The translations under genes and the position numbers were made by a program. Below, in pieces: positions 9,856-21,460 of a stretch of 64,000 nt of DNA (within the stretch, counting starts at the first letter, position 1; the number at the start of each line of letters is the position of its first letter). This stretch comes from Negaprion brevirostris. Taxonomy: Eukaryota. A model generated the notes under the pieces. The model did not search any database. It was not told where the DNA came from and saw only the letters and a program-made list of their open reading frames with translations. The stretch spans positions 36,292,460 to 36,356,459 of the forward strand of contig JARDVH010000099.1 in assembly GCA_030324005.1 (NCBI GenBank), written 5' to 3'.

Positions 9856-12800
9856 ATCACCACCATCCCCAGATTAGAGAGTGCAAACTTCTCAATTTAA
9901 CAACCAAACAAGAACTGATCTAAGTCATTAAATGAAGCCAAAACCGTTCCAGCTGTGATTCAACTATATTTGGCATGTGTCCAATGCCCAAACAGTTGAA
10001 CCAACAAGTTATCTGTTGTGGATCTAAGTCTTTCTTTTAAAAACAGGTGATAAATGTACCTTTTTTTTGTTCTTTTGAATTCACAAATGTTGAGAAGCGA
10101 ATTGGTCAATATCTTCTCCATTCCATTTTTTATTTTGAATTGTAGATATCTGAGATTAGAATCATGCATTCCTGCAAAGAATGCCTTGTGTCTGTGATCC
10201 TGAGCAATCAGGAGTTATGATGTTAGACAATGCTTTCAACATACTCAGACTAGGATAGAATATACAGTCTTGAGCAGAATGTATCTGGCTTCCATGGCAA
10301 CTTTGAGTCACGAGTGTCCAATCCCAAGATATGAATATTTTTATTGAGAATATAATTCATTACGCAAAAGGCAGGATTATTCAAGTAACTTTGACTTGAG
10401 TGACTTTTAATTTTATATTAATTCATAATTGCCCCATGTGTCTTTCTTTCATGTTCAAATCGTTTTATTTTCATGCACGGAATAGTTAATAGAGATACTT
10501 ACTTGCCTCTGTGTACTTTTTAAAAAAAAATTAAGTTCTGTCAGCTCAGTAGGTTTATGGAAGTTTTCACCTGAGAATGATTTTAGGTCAATAAAATATA
10601 CTGTGTCCCTGATCAGAGTTCTGTGAAGCCCAAGAGCATGCAAAGCCACTCTGTGCAGTACCAGATTTCACCTTCTCCTTGATGGAGAAATCTGAGGTTA
10701 ATGTTGTGCTTAATGCTTCGTACAAAGCTCCTTTTTTCCTTATTGTAGTGGAAAAGTTAACCTATTTATTTTTGAATAACTAAACTCTTTGTTAAAAAAG
10801 AGTGAAGGAGAATCCTGTGAATATGTTAAATGTTCGTTAATATTCACCCTCTGTTATTTAAAGGCCTGGAGAGAATATTTAGTCCTGATTTCTGAAGGCT
10901 TAAAGCACTGCACCTGAACAAGTCTATTTTTAGGTACAAAGTTGCTTCCTGAATAAATTAATCTGTATTTCAGCTTTTACTAGCTCCAGTCCTTTGTATG
11001 CTCTCAATCAAAGTTTGCATAAAAATGCAGAAAACTGAATTTGTAATGCAAGTTTCACTTGAAGGGGAAAATAAATGAAGGCAATATCTTGAGATGAGAA
11101 AAAGATACAAAACAAAAAGTCAAATAATGAGAGTGTAATGTTCTGCAGAATAAAGCTGTTGCTGCATTTTTGTTGTCCCTTGGCAGTGCTGAGTCCTTCT
11201 AAATCCACTGCCTGTATTATATGTTTGCATTACCAATGCTCATCATTGCAGNNNNNNNNNNACCTGTATGCAGCGCTGATTGAAAGATTAAAGAAAAGGT
11301 GGAGACTGCAGATTTAGAAGGGCAGGGAGTGCTGCATGAATTAATTTGGTTGAAATGTTTGTCCAGCCTGAACTCATCCCACCCTGATACTGTAGCTGCT
11401 GAGTGATTCTAGGTCAGACAGCTGCTTTTGGGCTGCCTCTACAGTAGCTGCAAGTCCCAACAAATCCTTAGCTGTGGCTGGCCTCTCATGTTGCTGTGAA
11501 TCTGCTAACCCGTGCTGTATGTGACGAATGGGAATATTTAATTCAAGCTACTGTCTTCCACACCTCTCTCATTAAAACTAATTGCCTGTCACTTTCCATT
11601 GGAAAATGTAGACTTGTGAATGGAATGTACTAAATGCACAGTTACATTTACTGGAAGTAATTTTTTTTGTCCCTGTGTTCTTTCCATTATTTTATTTCAC
11701 TATTTTTCTGAAAGACATTTTTTTTGAAAGTAATATCTGCATTCTTGTTGGAAGGTTAACTGACCTCATACCAAATGGGTATATTTAGTCACTTCCAATA
11801 TAAGCTATTTTGGGATAGCTTCAGGGATTAGACCAAGTGCAAAGTAGGGCTAAACTGTTCATTGTAGTTAGTTGAAGAATTTTATTGAGTTTTTAAAGAA
11901 ATTTGAACCATTAAAGTTTGTTAACACAATACTTTTCAGTCCCGTGTTTAGGGTTGTTAAGAAGATGGTCAATATTTGGAAGACATTATGGATTATGGAC
12001 AGTCCAGCTGTTTGTTAATATAGCACCATTGCCATTGGAAGTAATTGCATGAGGGAGAGGGTGGCAGGGAAGAGAATGAAAAACTTATTTTATTTTGATG
12101 GTATTTTGTCACCCCAAGCAGCTTTTTAGAATAAGGAATCATTACTTAGCCTGCATGGCATTCCCAGTCTTTCTAGCTGAGTGTGAGGGAGGTAGAGCTG
12201 AGACTGAAAGGTTTTGTTGGTTAAGGTTAATAAGNNNNNNNNNNNNNNNNNNNNNNNNNNNNNNNNNNNNNNNNNNNNNNNNNNNNNNNNNNNNNNNNNN
12301 NNNNNNNNNNNNNNNNNNNNNNNNNNNNNNNNNNAAAGAAAGATCAATATGTGAAGGTGTCAAACTATAATTGATTGAAGGATATGCCATTGTTAGATTG
12401 ACAGAACAGTGGATGAATGAAATTGCTTTTAATTAAGTGCTGGGCTGTATAATCTGAAAACAAAATCTATGACCGTTCTGCTTTTTGGCATGGAATCTAA
12501 GATCTTTTGAGAATGCTTCATAGCTAATTTGCTGTGTAGCTGAAGTCAGAGATTTTCCTTTCGGCCGAAAGAGTCTTGTCTCTTAAGTCTTGTCTTAATT
12601 GCATGCTTGTCTGAATATTTTTAATTTGTAATGTTTTTGATTCTCACATTTCAATGTTTTAATAAAAACTAATTTAATTGAAGAATTTCATTGAACTGGA
12701 TAAACTTTTTTTTGCCTTTGTGAAATGAAATGTTTCATGAAAAGATTTAGTCTTTAAATTAATCAGGTCACCTAGAAAATCTTCCCATGACACACCTGAT

Positions 12801-13254
12801 CCCTTTTCACAGTGGTCCAACCAAAAGGTTTCTTGGCCATTACAATCCTCTGTCTTGGCACAAATTTCCTATTTCTTCAAATCTTAACTCATTATTCACA
12901 ATGGGTTTTGACACTGGATATTTTCCTATGCGAGAGGCAACCTCTTACGCTGTTCAAACACTGAGCCAGTGATGAAGTGTGTCAAAAAATTGATGCAAAA
13001 GGGTGCACTAATATTTGAAGTGCTTAAACTTTATCAGTGAGGACTAAGTCTATTGTTTCAGGTCCGACTGATGGTGATTAATGTGTCAGTAAGTGTCCTC
13101 CAATCTCAGCATACCAATGAATGTCATTAAATCATCACTCACAGTGATGGACTTTGGCTTGGCTGACTGAATTTGATTACAGATAAAAGTTTAGTGTTCA
13201 GATTCAGAAGCAGGAGACAGAATATTCATTTAACAATATTAATGGTCAGGGAGG

Positions 13255-13370
13255 AGGGGGCAGACTTCCTCTGTCATAAATCTATATAATCAAATTTCTA
13301 ATTGAATGGTAGAATAGTCTCAGGGAGCTGAATGGGCCTACTCCTGATCTATTGTGCCTGTACCTATATT
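13255..13370 (+). mobile_element. CR1 3' tail remnant
   Basis: TTGAATGGTAGAATAGTCTCAGGGAGCTGAATGGGCCTACTCCTG matches the CR1 tails at 30948 and 62820. Confidence 0.7.
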
Positions 13371-14317
13371 CCAAAGCTGGGCTTTTTCTTTCTGTTGTGC
13401 AAATTTTATTATATTCACATATGAACCATAATTATTTTATCTATACGTTGGTGTGAGAGTGAGGGCACCAGGAGTAACTCCGGATTCAGTTCCTTGGATA
13501 GTTTAGTTTCACTTTTAAAGTGGAGAAACAAAAATGAAACTCATTTTTGAAATAAAATTNNNNNNNNNNTTGCTATTTAAGAGAATTTTAAAAAGCCACA
13601 TTTCAGAATAGCATTCAGTGCTGTAACTGAGCTACTGTAGATGACATTTAACCCCACGCTAACATTTTCTTTCAGGAAAGTCCATGTCAAGTCAAAGCAA
13701 CCTCAATTATAGGATAATAGTTTTGACTGAGAAATTGCAGAGTGCATTTGTGGTCTTGTTGCTGAGGTTGGAAATGCTGCTCAGCCACAAAACTCCAGAT
13801 CTAGCCGTTGTGGAAATTGTGTAACTTGATTGGTGTTTTGCTTTCTTCACCAAGGTCCGTATGTTAATAATCCTTGCTTTATGGTCACCGTTCAGAATCA
13901 GCAAGTGTACCATCAGACACCAACCACCTCATTTAAAACTATGGCAGTGCCTATGCAACCATCATCTTTAGCTTGTAAAAGTGTTTCTGTGGGGGTGTGA
14001 ACTAAACAAACAACAAAAAGGAAGTTGAACTAAAACTACAAAGTTAACTATTCCTACGTTCAGTAGTAAAAGTTTGTCAATATCCAGTTGTTATTATATA
14101 TTCCTGTACAGTACACCTTTTTGGATTTCATAAATCTCTTTGGACTTGCTGTACATTGTGTAGCTGTGACTTCGAGCTTTATATTAACACAAACAAAGAA
14201 GGGGAAAGAGTCAGTGTAATTGTAAATTGCAAAGAAAGTGAAATGGAAATACCGATATCTGTTCATATTCTGTATTTAAGACTTAGCTCCAGAAAGTGCA
14301 AATTATTAAACATTTAT

Positions 14318-14513
14318 TTGAGTATTGTTGAAAAAAGAAATTGTAGCTTTTCATCTTGCATTCATCAGGACAGCTCACAAGAAATGATCAATTTATCTTA
14401 TTATTTGATTGTAATTTTTAAAAACAACTTAGGTTGGTAGTTTCTTGCAAGCAGTCCTGATGAGTGCAAGATGAAAAACTTTAACAGCATCTTAATTTTT
14501 CAGCAATACTTAA
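14318..14513. mobile_element. Fold-back element family 1, copy A (inverted arms of about 70 bp, each with a decayed hammerhead core)
   Basis: The reverse complement of the left arm (TTTCTTGTGAGCTGTCCTGATGAATGCAAGATGAAAAGCTACA...CAACAATACTCAA) aligns with the right arm (TTTCTTGCAAGCAGTCCTGATGAGTGCAAGATGAAAAACTTTAACA...CAGCAATACTTAA). The spacer is about 56 nt. Confidence 0.85.
14453..14486 (+). ncRNA. Degenerate minimal type I hammerhead ribozyme motif
   Basis: AGTC-CTGATGA-GT-GCAAG-AT-GAAA-AACT-TT-AACA. The CUGAUGA and GAAA boxes are intact but stems I and III are mutated. Confidence 0.65.
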
Positions 14514-15174
14514 GTTCCTTTATTACTTTTGAAATCTAAAACTCCTTCCTTGCTCTTTTTTTGAAAAAAGTTTCATAATCAAAAATCAACAACCAAAAAA
14601 ATTAAGATCCTCTCCCATTTATTGTTAAATATTTATATTGTCATTTGCTTTGTCCTTTTGATTTCTCAGCAATTGAACTGCCATAAAGGAGGAGGGGGGA
14701 GACGGTTGTGAAGCACAGTCTGATATAACATCTGTGGGGCTGGTATTTAGGTTTGGAAAAGGTGTGCAAACTCTGTTCCTGAACTATCTGAGCATTGAGA
14801 TTTAAGAGCAATGCCTACTCTACTGATGTACGAGACCACGCTGCATATCATTGACCTGAAAGTAATATTTGGCTAAACAGTGATTGAATGAATGGTGCTT
14901 TGGTCTCCTGATTAATGGCCCTTGTTCTTAATGTTTTCATTGGCTGCTTCAGAACTCATAAATGAAAAGCTGGTTAAATAAACTGCGCATTGATAATTGT
15001 GATGACATTGACACAGTGATTTTTAAAAAAAATTGTTTTGATTCTGCAGTATGGTTAAAAGCAACACTTCACATCACATCCACTTGGCAATGCCAAACCC
15101 ACACGCACACAATAATACATACCTGTGAGAGATTTGGAATACACCAACTTGGTAAGGGGCTCAGATGACATAAT

Positions 15175-15288
15175 GGGTGAAATTTCGTGGCCTTGCTCGT
15201 CCCAAAACCATAAAATCCTGCCTGTGTCAACAGACCTCCCCATGCTCCCCTCACCCACTCCAACTCCTGTGGCAGTAAAATTCCGGCT
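15175..15288. mobile_element. MITE, PIF/Harbinger-like
   Basis: Imperfect TIRs GGGTGAAATTT ... AAAATTCCGGCT flanked by a 3-bp duplication AAT (15172-15174 and 15289-15291). The interior resembles 44421-44535. Confidence 0.7.
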
Positions 15289-15550
15289 AATAAATCTGAG
15301 AGGAAAGCTTAAGCAGTCGATGAATGTTATCTGAATTCATGGATTATTTTAGCAGTATAACTTCCTTGTGGTCATCTTCTTATAATAAGAAGGGATCAAA
15401 AAGATATGTGCATAAGAATCCTACTGGTCAAGCTTCCATGATGATGCATTGGGAAACGAGATAGTTTTTAGGCAAAGTGCAGTTTAAAGATAAAGCAAAA
15501 TTAAATCTAGGTGTACAGATAATTCAGCTACATATAATGTCCTTATTTTA

Positions 15551-15646
15551 GGGTGGCATAGTGGTTAGCACCATTTCCTCACAGCACCAGGGACCCGGGT
15601 TCCATTCTGGCCTTGGATGACTGTGGAGTTTGCATGTTCTCCCTGT

Positions 15647-15679
<33 letters not shown>

Positions 15680-15922
15680 GGGGGGGAGAGGTTTCCTCCC
15701 ATAGTCCAAAGATGTGCTGGTTAAGTGCATTGGTCATGATAAAAATAAAATGTCCCTTAGTGTCCAAAGATGTCTGGGCTGGATGGATTGGTCATGGTAA
15801 ATGTGTGAGATTATGAGGATGGGGAGAGGGGTGGGCCTGGGTGGTGTGCTCTTTCAGATAGTTGGTGCAGACTCAATGGGCCAAATGGCCTCTTAACTGC
15901 ACTGTAGGGATTTTATGATTCT
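15551..15922 (+). mobile_element. tRNA-derived SINE (HE1/V-SINE-like) with internal (GT)n
   Basis: A-box-like GGCATAGTGGTTAG, B-box-like GGGTTCCATTC, central TGTGGAGTTTGCATGTTCTCCC...GGTTTCC domain, and a CR1-like tail GGGCCAAATGGCCTC...CTGCACTGTAGGGATT. Confidence 0.9.
15648..15677. repeat. (GT)n microsatellite followed by a G-run
   Basis: Directly visible GTGTGT... tract inside the SINE. Confidence 0.95.
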
Positions 15923-16019
15923 AGGATTTATACAATACTTTGATTTTGTGTTATTCTTTATAATTGATTTGCAAAAGGTACAACAGTTTGGTAATTTGAA
16001 TTTGTACTGATTGTCTTGT

Positions 16020-16293
16020 TTAAGTATTGCTGAAAAAAGACACTGTCAAAAAAAAATTTTCTTGCACTCATCAGGACAATTTGCAAGAATACTAAATGTA
16101 AACAACAAACTTGGCAGTAACTCAGTCATCAGCTAAGTGGTGCATTCTCCATGGCAACACCTCTACCAACCAGCACTCTCTCTTTTCATGCAGTCTCAAC
16201 TGCTGTTCCCTTTATATTTGATATTCTTGCAAATTGTCATGATGAGTGCAATACAAAAAGCTTTGACATGTGTCTTTTTTCAGTAATACTCAA
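16020..16293. mobile_element. Fold-back element family 1, copy B
   Basis: The left arm TTAAGTATTGCTGAAAAAAGACACTGTCAAA...CTTGCACTCATCAGGACAATTTGCAAGAATA is the reverse complement of the right arm TATTCTTGCAAATTGTCATGATGAGTGCAATACAAAAAGCTTTGACATGTGTCTTTTTTCAGTAATACTCAA. The interior GGTGCATTCTCCATG is shared with copy C. Confidence 0.9.
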
Positions 16294-16694
16294 CCACTAT
16301 CTCTTCTATCAAATGACTAATTGTCTTATTCCTTTTAGTTCTGTCTGTTTATTCTTGGATGTGCAAGTGACCAAGGGGAAAATAGACTATTTTTAAAATA
16401 ATTGTGAATATAGGTTTGATTAATATAGATTAGATTTCCTCCTCATGTTGCTCCATTAGAAAACTGGTTACAACTTTATCTTCATGCCTACTGGTTACAA
16501 AATATGGCAGATGCCTTTGAAGCCTTCATGTGGACACCAGTTGAGAATCCTTGATCTAGGTGACCCATTGTAGTAGTTATAAAATTCTGTATTATTTTGG
16601 ATATTTGTTCTAGGACTGACTAGAGCTCAATGTTATGAATGGTTTGCAGCAATTATTGTGTTCTGCATTTTCTAGGTATTTTTCATATAGTGAA

Positions 16695-18360
16695 TATAGA
16701 ATCATAAAATAGCATCCTTCTGTGCTGTAACCATTCAGCTTGTCACATCGTTAAGAGTTAGTTAGCTAGTCTCATTCCTCTATCTTTCACCAATATTCCT
16801 GCACTTTTTCTCTTTAGATAATTATCCCATTCAGTTTTGAAAACTGTGATTAAATTTGTCTCCACCTAATTTTCAGGCAGTGCCACAAGCAAATTTTGAA
16901 ATTGTGCCCTCTACACCCAAGACTAACTTATATCAAGGAAAATAGTAGCCCTAAACTAAACCCTGGAGAATCCCATTATAAAACTTAATAAGTTGGAGAA
17001 ACAGTATTCATACCTACTGTTTCCTGTCATTTGGCCAACTTTATATCCATGCTGCCACTGTCCCTTCTATATCATTGGGTTCAATTTTGACACTTGTTAT
17101 GTGGCATCTTTATCAAACGTCTTTTGAAAGTTCATGTACATCAATCACATTGCCCTCTGTCTCTTTGAGCATATTAGTTAAACATGATTTGCTCTTAACA
17201 AAATTCGTGTTTGCTTTTCTTAATTAATTCAAATGTCCATGTGATTGTTAACCACAGATTATTATTTCTAACAGATTTCCCACCCCAATATCACACTTGC
17301 CTGTAGTTGCTGTTTATCCTTGCACACATTTTTTGAATAAGACTAACACATGTCATTCTCTAGTCTTGGAGCACCACCCTTGTATCTAAAGAGAATGGAA
17401 CAATTATGATAATTGCCTCTGCAGGCCCCACAGTATCCCTGTTTGCATCTCATTGGATCCTGATGATTTGTCAACTTTTAAGTATAGCCATGATTTTGAA
17501 TACCTTCTGTCTATCAATTTTTCTTAACCCAGACATACCAGAGTTGTTAGTTCTATGCCGACTGTATATAATGATGAGATATTCTCATTAAATAGGAGCT
17601 TACAAACCTTTTCCCTATTTCCCAACTACCTCCTCTTTCATTGTGCCTTTGGCAGCATATTTATCCTGGGCCAAGATAGATGCAAGTATTCATTTAGTAC
17701 CTCCATCAAGTAAAATCCCCTGTAATAACTACTCAGTATTTTTCACGTATCATTGTAAGTTGTTTGCAAATTTGTTCCTCAATATTTTTCCCACTGGTTG
17801 GAAAGACATCGTCTGTCTCCAGCACTATAATATTATCCTTTAATTAGCATGTGGTTCCTCCTCCTCGTTTCTTTCCTTCCATATGTTACTGGAACTTGTA
17901 TCTAGGAATAATTAGTACACCCTGTCCTATCTTCTTACAGGTCTCCATTATTGTAATAACATCCTCCCACATGCTACCTGCATTTTTCTGTGAATTCACA
18001 TAAATGCACTATAAACCTAATTTAAATCTTACTGCATTCCCTCTTACTCTGAACCCACCACAGTATCTTTTACTCTAGTGCTATCTGTCTCTCCTAATTC
18101 TTTGTGCACCTTGTTTTTCTATCCCTAATGTTACTTCCTGGTTTTCACTCACTTGCCTCCCCAATAGCACCAGCAAACAGCCCTGCAAGGACATTGATTC
18201 CTGGCTCTGTTCAGGTGCAACCTTTCTGGCCTGCTCATCTCCCATCTCCCCATGAACGGTTCCCGATGTTGCAATGACCTGAAACCCTCCCTCCTGCACA
18301 AATGTTCCAGCCACACATTCATATGCTATATCCTCCTATTTCTATACTCAGGGAGGCAAC
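16695..18360 (-). mobile_element. Long decayed CR1-type LINE, including an ORF1 esterase-like remnant
   Basis: CR1 tail at about 16700 and RT-like remnants. At about 18180-18320 the reverse strand reads MNVWLEHLCRREGFRSL, resembling the CR1 ORF1 SGNH-esterase motif NxWLxxWCRREGF. Confidence 0.7.
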
Positions 18361-18431
18361 ATATCTTCCTAAATTGAGGTTTGTGGCACAGAAACACCTG
18401 TCTGTTGTGCTAACTACAGAATTCCCTGCAT

Positions 18432-18850
18432 GGCCTGAAATCTTTGGGTGTCAGGGGCCTAGAATTGGCGTGAACACATCCCTGCCAACTCTGACAGACC
18501 CACTGCCAATTAAACCATCAGTAAGCACTGTATGGCAGCAGGAAGGACATCCATCCTCACTTGGTTTGAAGACCTGCCTTAGAGTGCTGCTGGCCAATCA
18601 GATTGGCTGGCAAGTCTTCAAACCTTCGGGCACTGCCCTGGAGGTGGGTGGTGGTGGTCAGTAGGGTGTGTTATTGGGGTCTGAGGGAATAAGGAAGGGG
18701 AAGCCCAGGCCTTCAGAGGATGGTGCTCTCTATCAGAAGGGAACTCATTTGCCTGCCAGCTAAAAACTGAAATTGAGTGCACCACTTAGGGGCCTTAAAT
18801 GAGGCAAGGAGACCCCCCTCCTGCCAAGGCCTTGCCTGTCCCAGCATAAA
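18432..18850. mobile_element. Decayed Harbinger-like non-autonomous element
   Basis: Begins TGGCCTGAAATCT. It is a GC-richer island with GGCCAATCAGATTGGCTGG and CTTAGGGGCCTTAAAT motifs like other MITE-derived blocks in the window. Confidence 0.45.
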
Positions 18851-18894
18851 TTGCTTTCTGTTCAGGGCCTGGTGGGTCCCGGAGGTGTTATTAC

Positions 18895-19880
18895 TAAGTT
18901 ACATAACTCCTCATTCGTCCTTTCCAAACTGGAATGTCTAATTTTCTCTGGCAGATCTTTTTATAATGTCGACCTTTTCACTCTAGCGATCAGTCTAGTG
19001 GATCTTTACCGTACTGCTCCCAGTGGAGTGTTTTCGTTAATTCTTGGCAACCGGAATTCGATATAAGATTCAAAAGTGTGGTCTGATCATAACAGTTGAA
19101 TCACTACTTCCTCTGACTTTTACTCTGTTGTTTTGGCTTTTTGTTCAACATTCTATCGGCTTTATTGATTGCTGCTCTGCACAGTTAGGCATGCTGGTTT
19201 TGAATTTACTAAGACCCCTAGATACTAAACATTTTGAGAGTATACATTCCTGGTACAAAGTACTTTGCATTTGTCTGCGTTTAACTTCCTGTCATTTTCT
19301 GCCCGCAGACATATTTTGTCCGACTAACTCTCATTTGTGAGCTGTCTCCTTTGATTTGTCTCCCCCCACCATTTGAAAATTGTACTATGCATTGAGTTTT
19401 GGAGGACAGGTCATTTATGTAAATTAGAATAGCTGTTGTCTCAATGCTTAGCGCTGGTGCTCCCCATCTTTACCTCTCCCAACACTGACAAAACTTTAAT
19501 CTGTACCTATTATACTCCACCTTTCAGCCAATTTTTATCCATTTCTAAGATTTGCATAGCCTTCCTTACAGCTTTAAGTTTAACCACTATCTTTTTGTGT
19601 GGAGCTTTTCCAAATGCCTTTTGGAAATCTCGCTTAGTGGAGACTAAANNNNNNNNNNNNNNNNNNNNNNNNNNNNNNNNNNNNNNNNNNNNNNNNNNNN
19701 NNNNNNNNNNNNNNNNNNNNNNNNNNNNNNNNNNNNNNNNNNNNNNNNTCCAAATGCCTTTTGGAAATCTAGCTTAGTGGAGACTAAAAGGTTGTTCACG
19801 GATCACTTTGGTTATCAATTCAAAGTTGTTGAGATTTTTCAGGCTGTATCTTTCCCAGTTTTGTTTCATCCTAATTGCTG
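18895..19880 (-). mobile_element. Decayed CR1-type LINE RT fragment
   Basis: CAAATGCCTTTTGGAAATCT is the reverse complement of the codons for DFQKAF, and further RT remnants are present. Spans an assembly gap. Confidence 0.7.
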
Positions 19881-20104
19881 CCTACTTGCCCTCTATTATC
19901 TTTTGTGAAGCATTTAACTTGCAAAGCTGATCCCATCCAATTCATGTCTGACGATGAATAGCCATGATGTTTAAATTAATTTCCCTCCTCATGAAAGCTA
20001 AATGTACAGGAGCGAATTCAAGAAGGAAAATGTGTAACTCATTAAATATTGCACTGCTTAACTTGCGTAAACGCTTCCAAGTTCTGCTCCCTGCTTTCTC
20101 TACA

Positions 20105-21243
20105 GAGTAGAACATACAATCATTTGAATTAGGAGCAGAAGTAGGCACATTAAGCCTGCTCTGTCATTTAATAAGATTGTGATAACCCCCAAGAAGTCCA
20201 TAGGAAATTACTGGTTGATCTCCCTGTGAGACCTGTTGAGTATGAGTTCTCCTGGTAACAGGTAAAGGCCTACCCATCACCTACCTTTTATAAGGCAGGC
20301 CCAGGACTTGACCCGCTGAACAGTAGTCCAGGCAGGGACTAGTGTATGTTCACCATGAAAGTGGTTTGACCTGGCAAATGTTCCTTTCCAGTTCGGCTTC
20401 CTGAGTTATTACAAAGGTCATGGTTGATCCAATTGTGGCCTCTATGTCACTTTCTTGCCTATATCTCCTAGTCTTTGATTTCCAGGTTAATCAAGAATCT
20501 ATTGGTCTCTGCTTTAAAAATATTCAATGACCTGCCTCAGCCACTCTGAGGAAGAAAGTTCCATCGACTCATGGCCCTCTGAAAGAAATAAAATTCTCCT
20601 TATCACTGACTTAAATGGAAGACCCCTTATCTTTCAACTGTGTCCCTTAGTTTTGGTCTCTTCCACAGAGGGAAACATCCTTCCAGCATTCACTCTGTCA
20701 AGCCCCTTCAAGTTCTTGTATGTTTCAATAAGACCACTTCTCATTTTTCTAAATACCAATGCATACAGGCCTAACCTGTCCAACATTTCCTCATAAGATA
20801 ACGCTGTCATCCCAAAAATCAGTTGAGTGAATCTTTTATGAACTGCTTATGTAATATATAATTTCTTAAATATGGAGACCAAAACTGTACAAACAACTGC
20901 AGATGTGACTTCAACAATGTCCTTTTTAACTGTAGGAAATCATCCCTACTATTATTGCAAGATAAATGGAATATAAACAAGAACATTCCGTTCCTAACCA
21001 CTTGCTGTACCTGCACATGAATCTTTTATGATTCATGTACTTGATCATCCAGATCCCTCTATATCTCAGAATTCTTTAATCTCTCTCTATTCTTCCTACT
21101 GTGGACACCTTCACATTTTCCCACATTACACTCCATCTGCCAAATCTCTGCCGCTGACTTAACCTATTTATTTCCCTTAACAGATCCCTTCTAACCTCGA
21201 AACAGCTTACTTTCCTGTCTATTTTTGTGTCATCAGCAAATGT
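20105..21243 (-). mobile_element. CR1-type LINE 3' fragment interrupted by a solo LTR
   Basis: The reverse strand encodes FADDTKIDRKVSC, MQVQQVVR and VQFWSPYLR. The tail is at about 20105-20177 and resumes at 20414. Confidence 0.9.
20178..20413. mobile_element. Solo LTR (236 bp)
   Basis: Termini TGTGATAA ... TTATTACA (TG...CA with a short inverted repeat). A 5-bp target duplication AAGAT/AAGGT flanks it, and it splits an otherwise contiguous CR1 tail. Confidence 0.8.
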
Positions 21244-21244
21244 A

Positions 21245-21460
21245 GGAAATGCATTTGAAAGCCAAATCAAGAGTAAATCAAGGCATTGCTGGATCTGAAG
21301 CCAATTTAAGTCAGCAAGAAGAGGGGAGATGGATAATCGGAATCTACTGTTAGTTAGGGCTTGGGCAGTGAGGGAAATTTTGGACCTGCTCAAGTTTTTG
21401 GAGGATGATAGGTGTTCTGAATAATGTCTCTCTATGTTTACCTGAACAGAACTCCTGCCT
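21245..21460 (-). mobile_element. L2-type LINE ORF2 C-terminal fragment
   Basis: The reverse strand reads ISPLLADLNWLQIQQCLDL, resembling the L2 motif ITPxLxxLHWLPxxxRIxF. Confidence 0.7.

Noticed and set aside
12558-12571. Perfect 14-bp palindrome CTTTCGGCCGAAAG, plus other short hairpins at 5098, 32641 and 35242
   Set aside because: They are short enough to arise by chance in 64 kb and have no supporting context.
15551-15625. tRNA-like A and B boxes at SINE heads
   Set aside because: They do not form complete cloverleafs and they continue into SINE bodies, so they are not tRNA genes.
19609-19788. A direct repeat of about 40 bp flanking an N run, with similar duplicated flanks at 8640/8753, 49816/49924 and 55474/55591
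   Set aside because: The same sequence on both sides of 100-N spacers indicates overlapping contig ends, an assembly artefact rather than a biological repeat.
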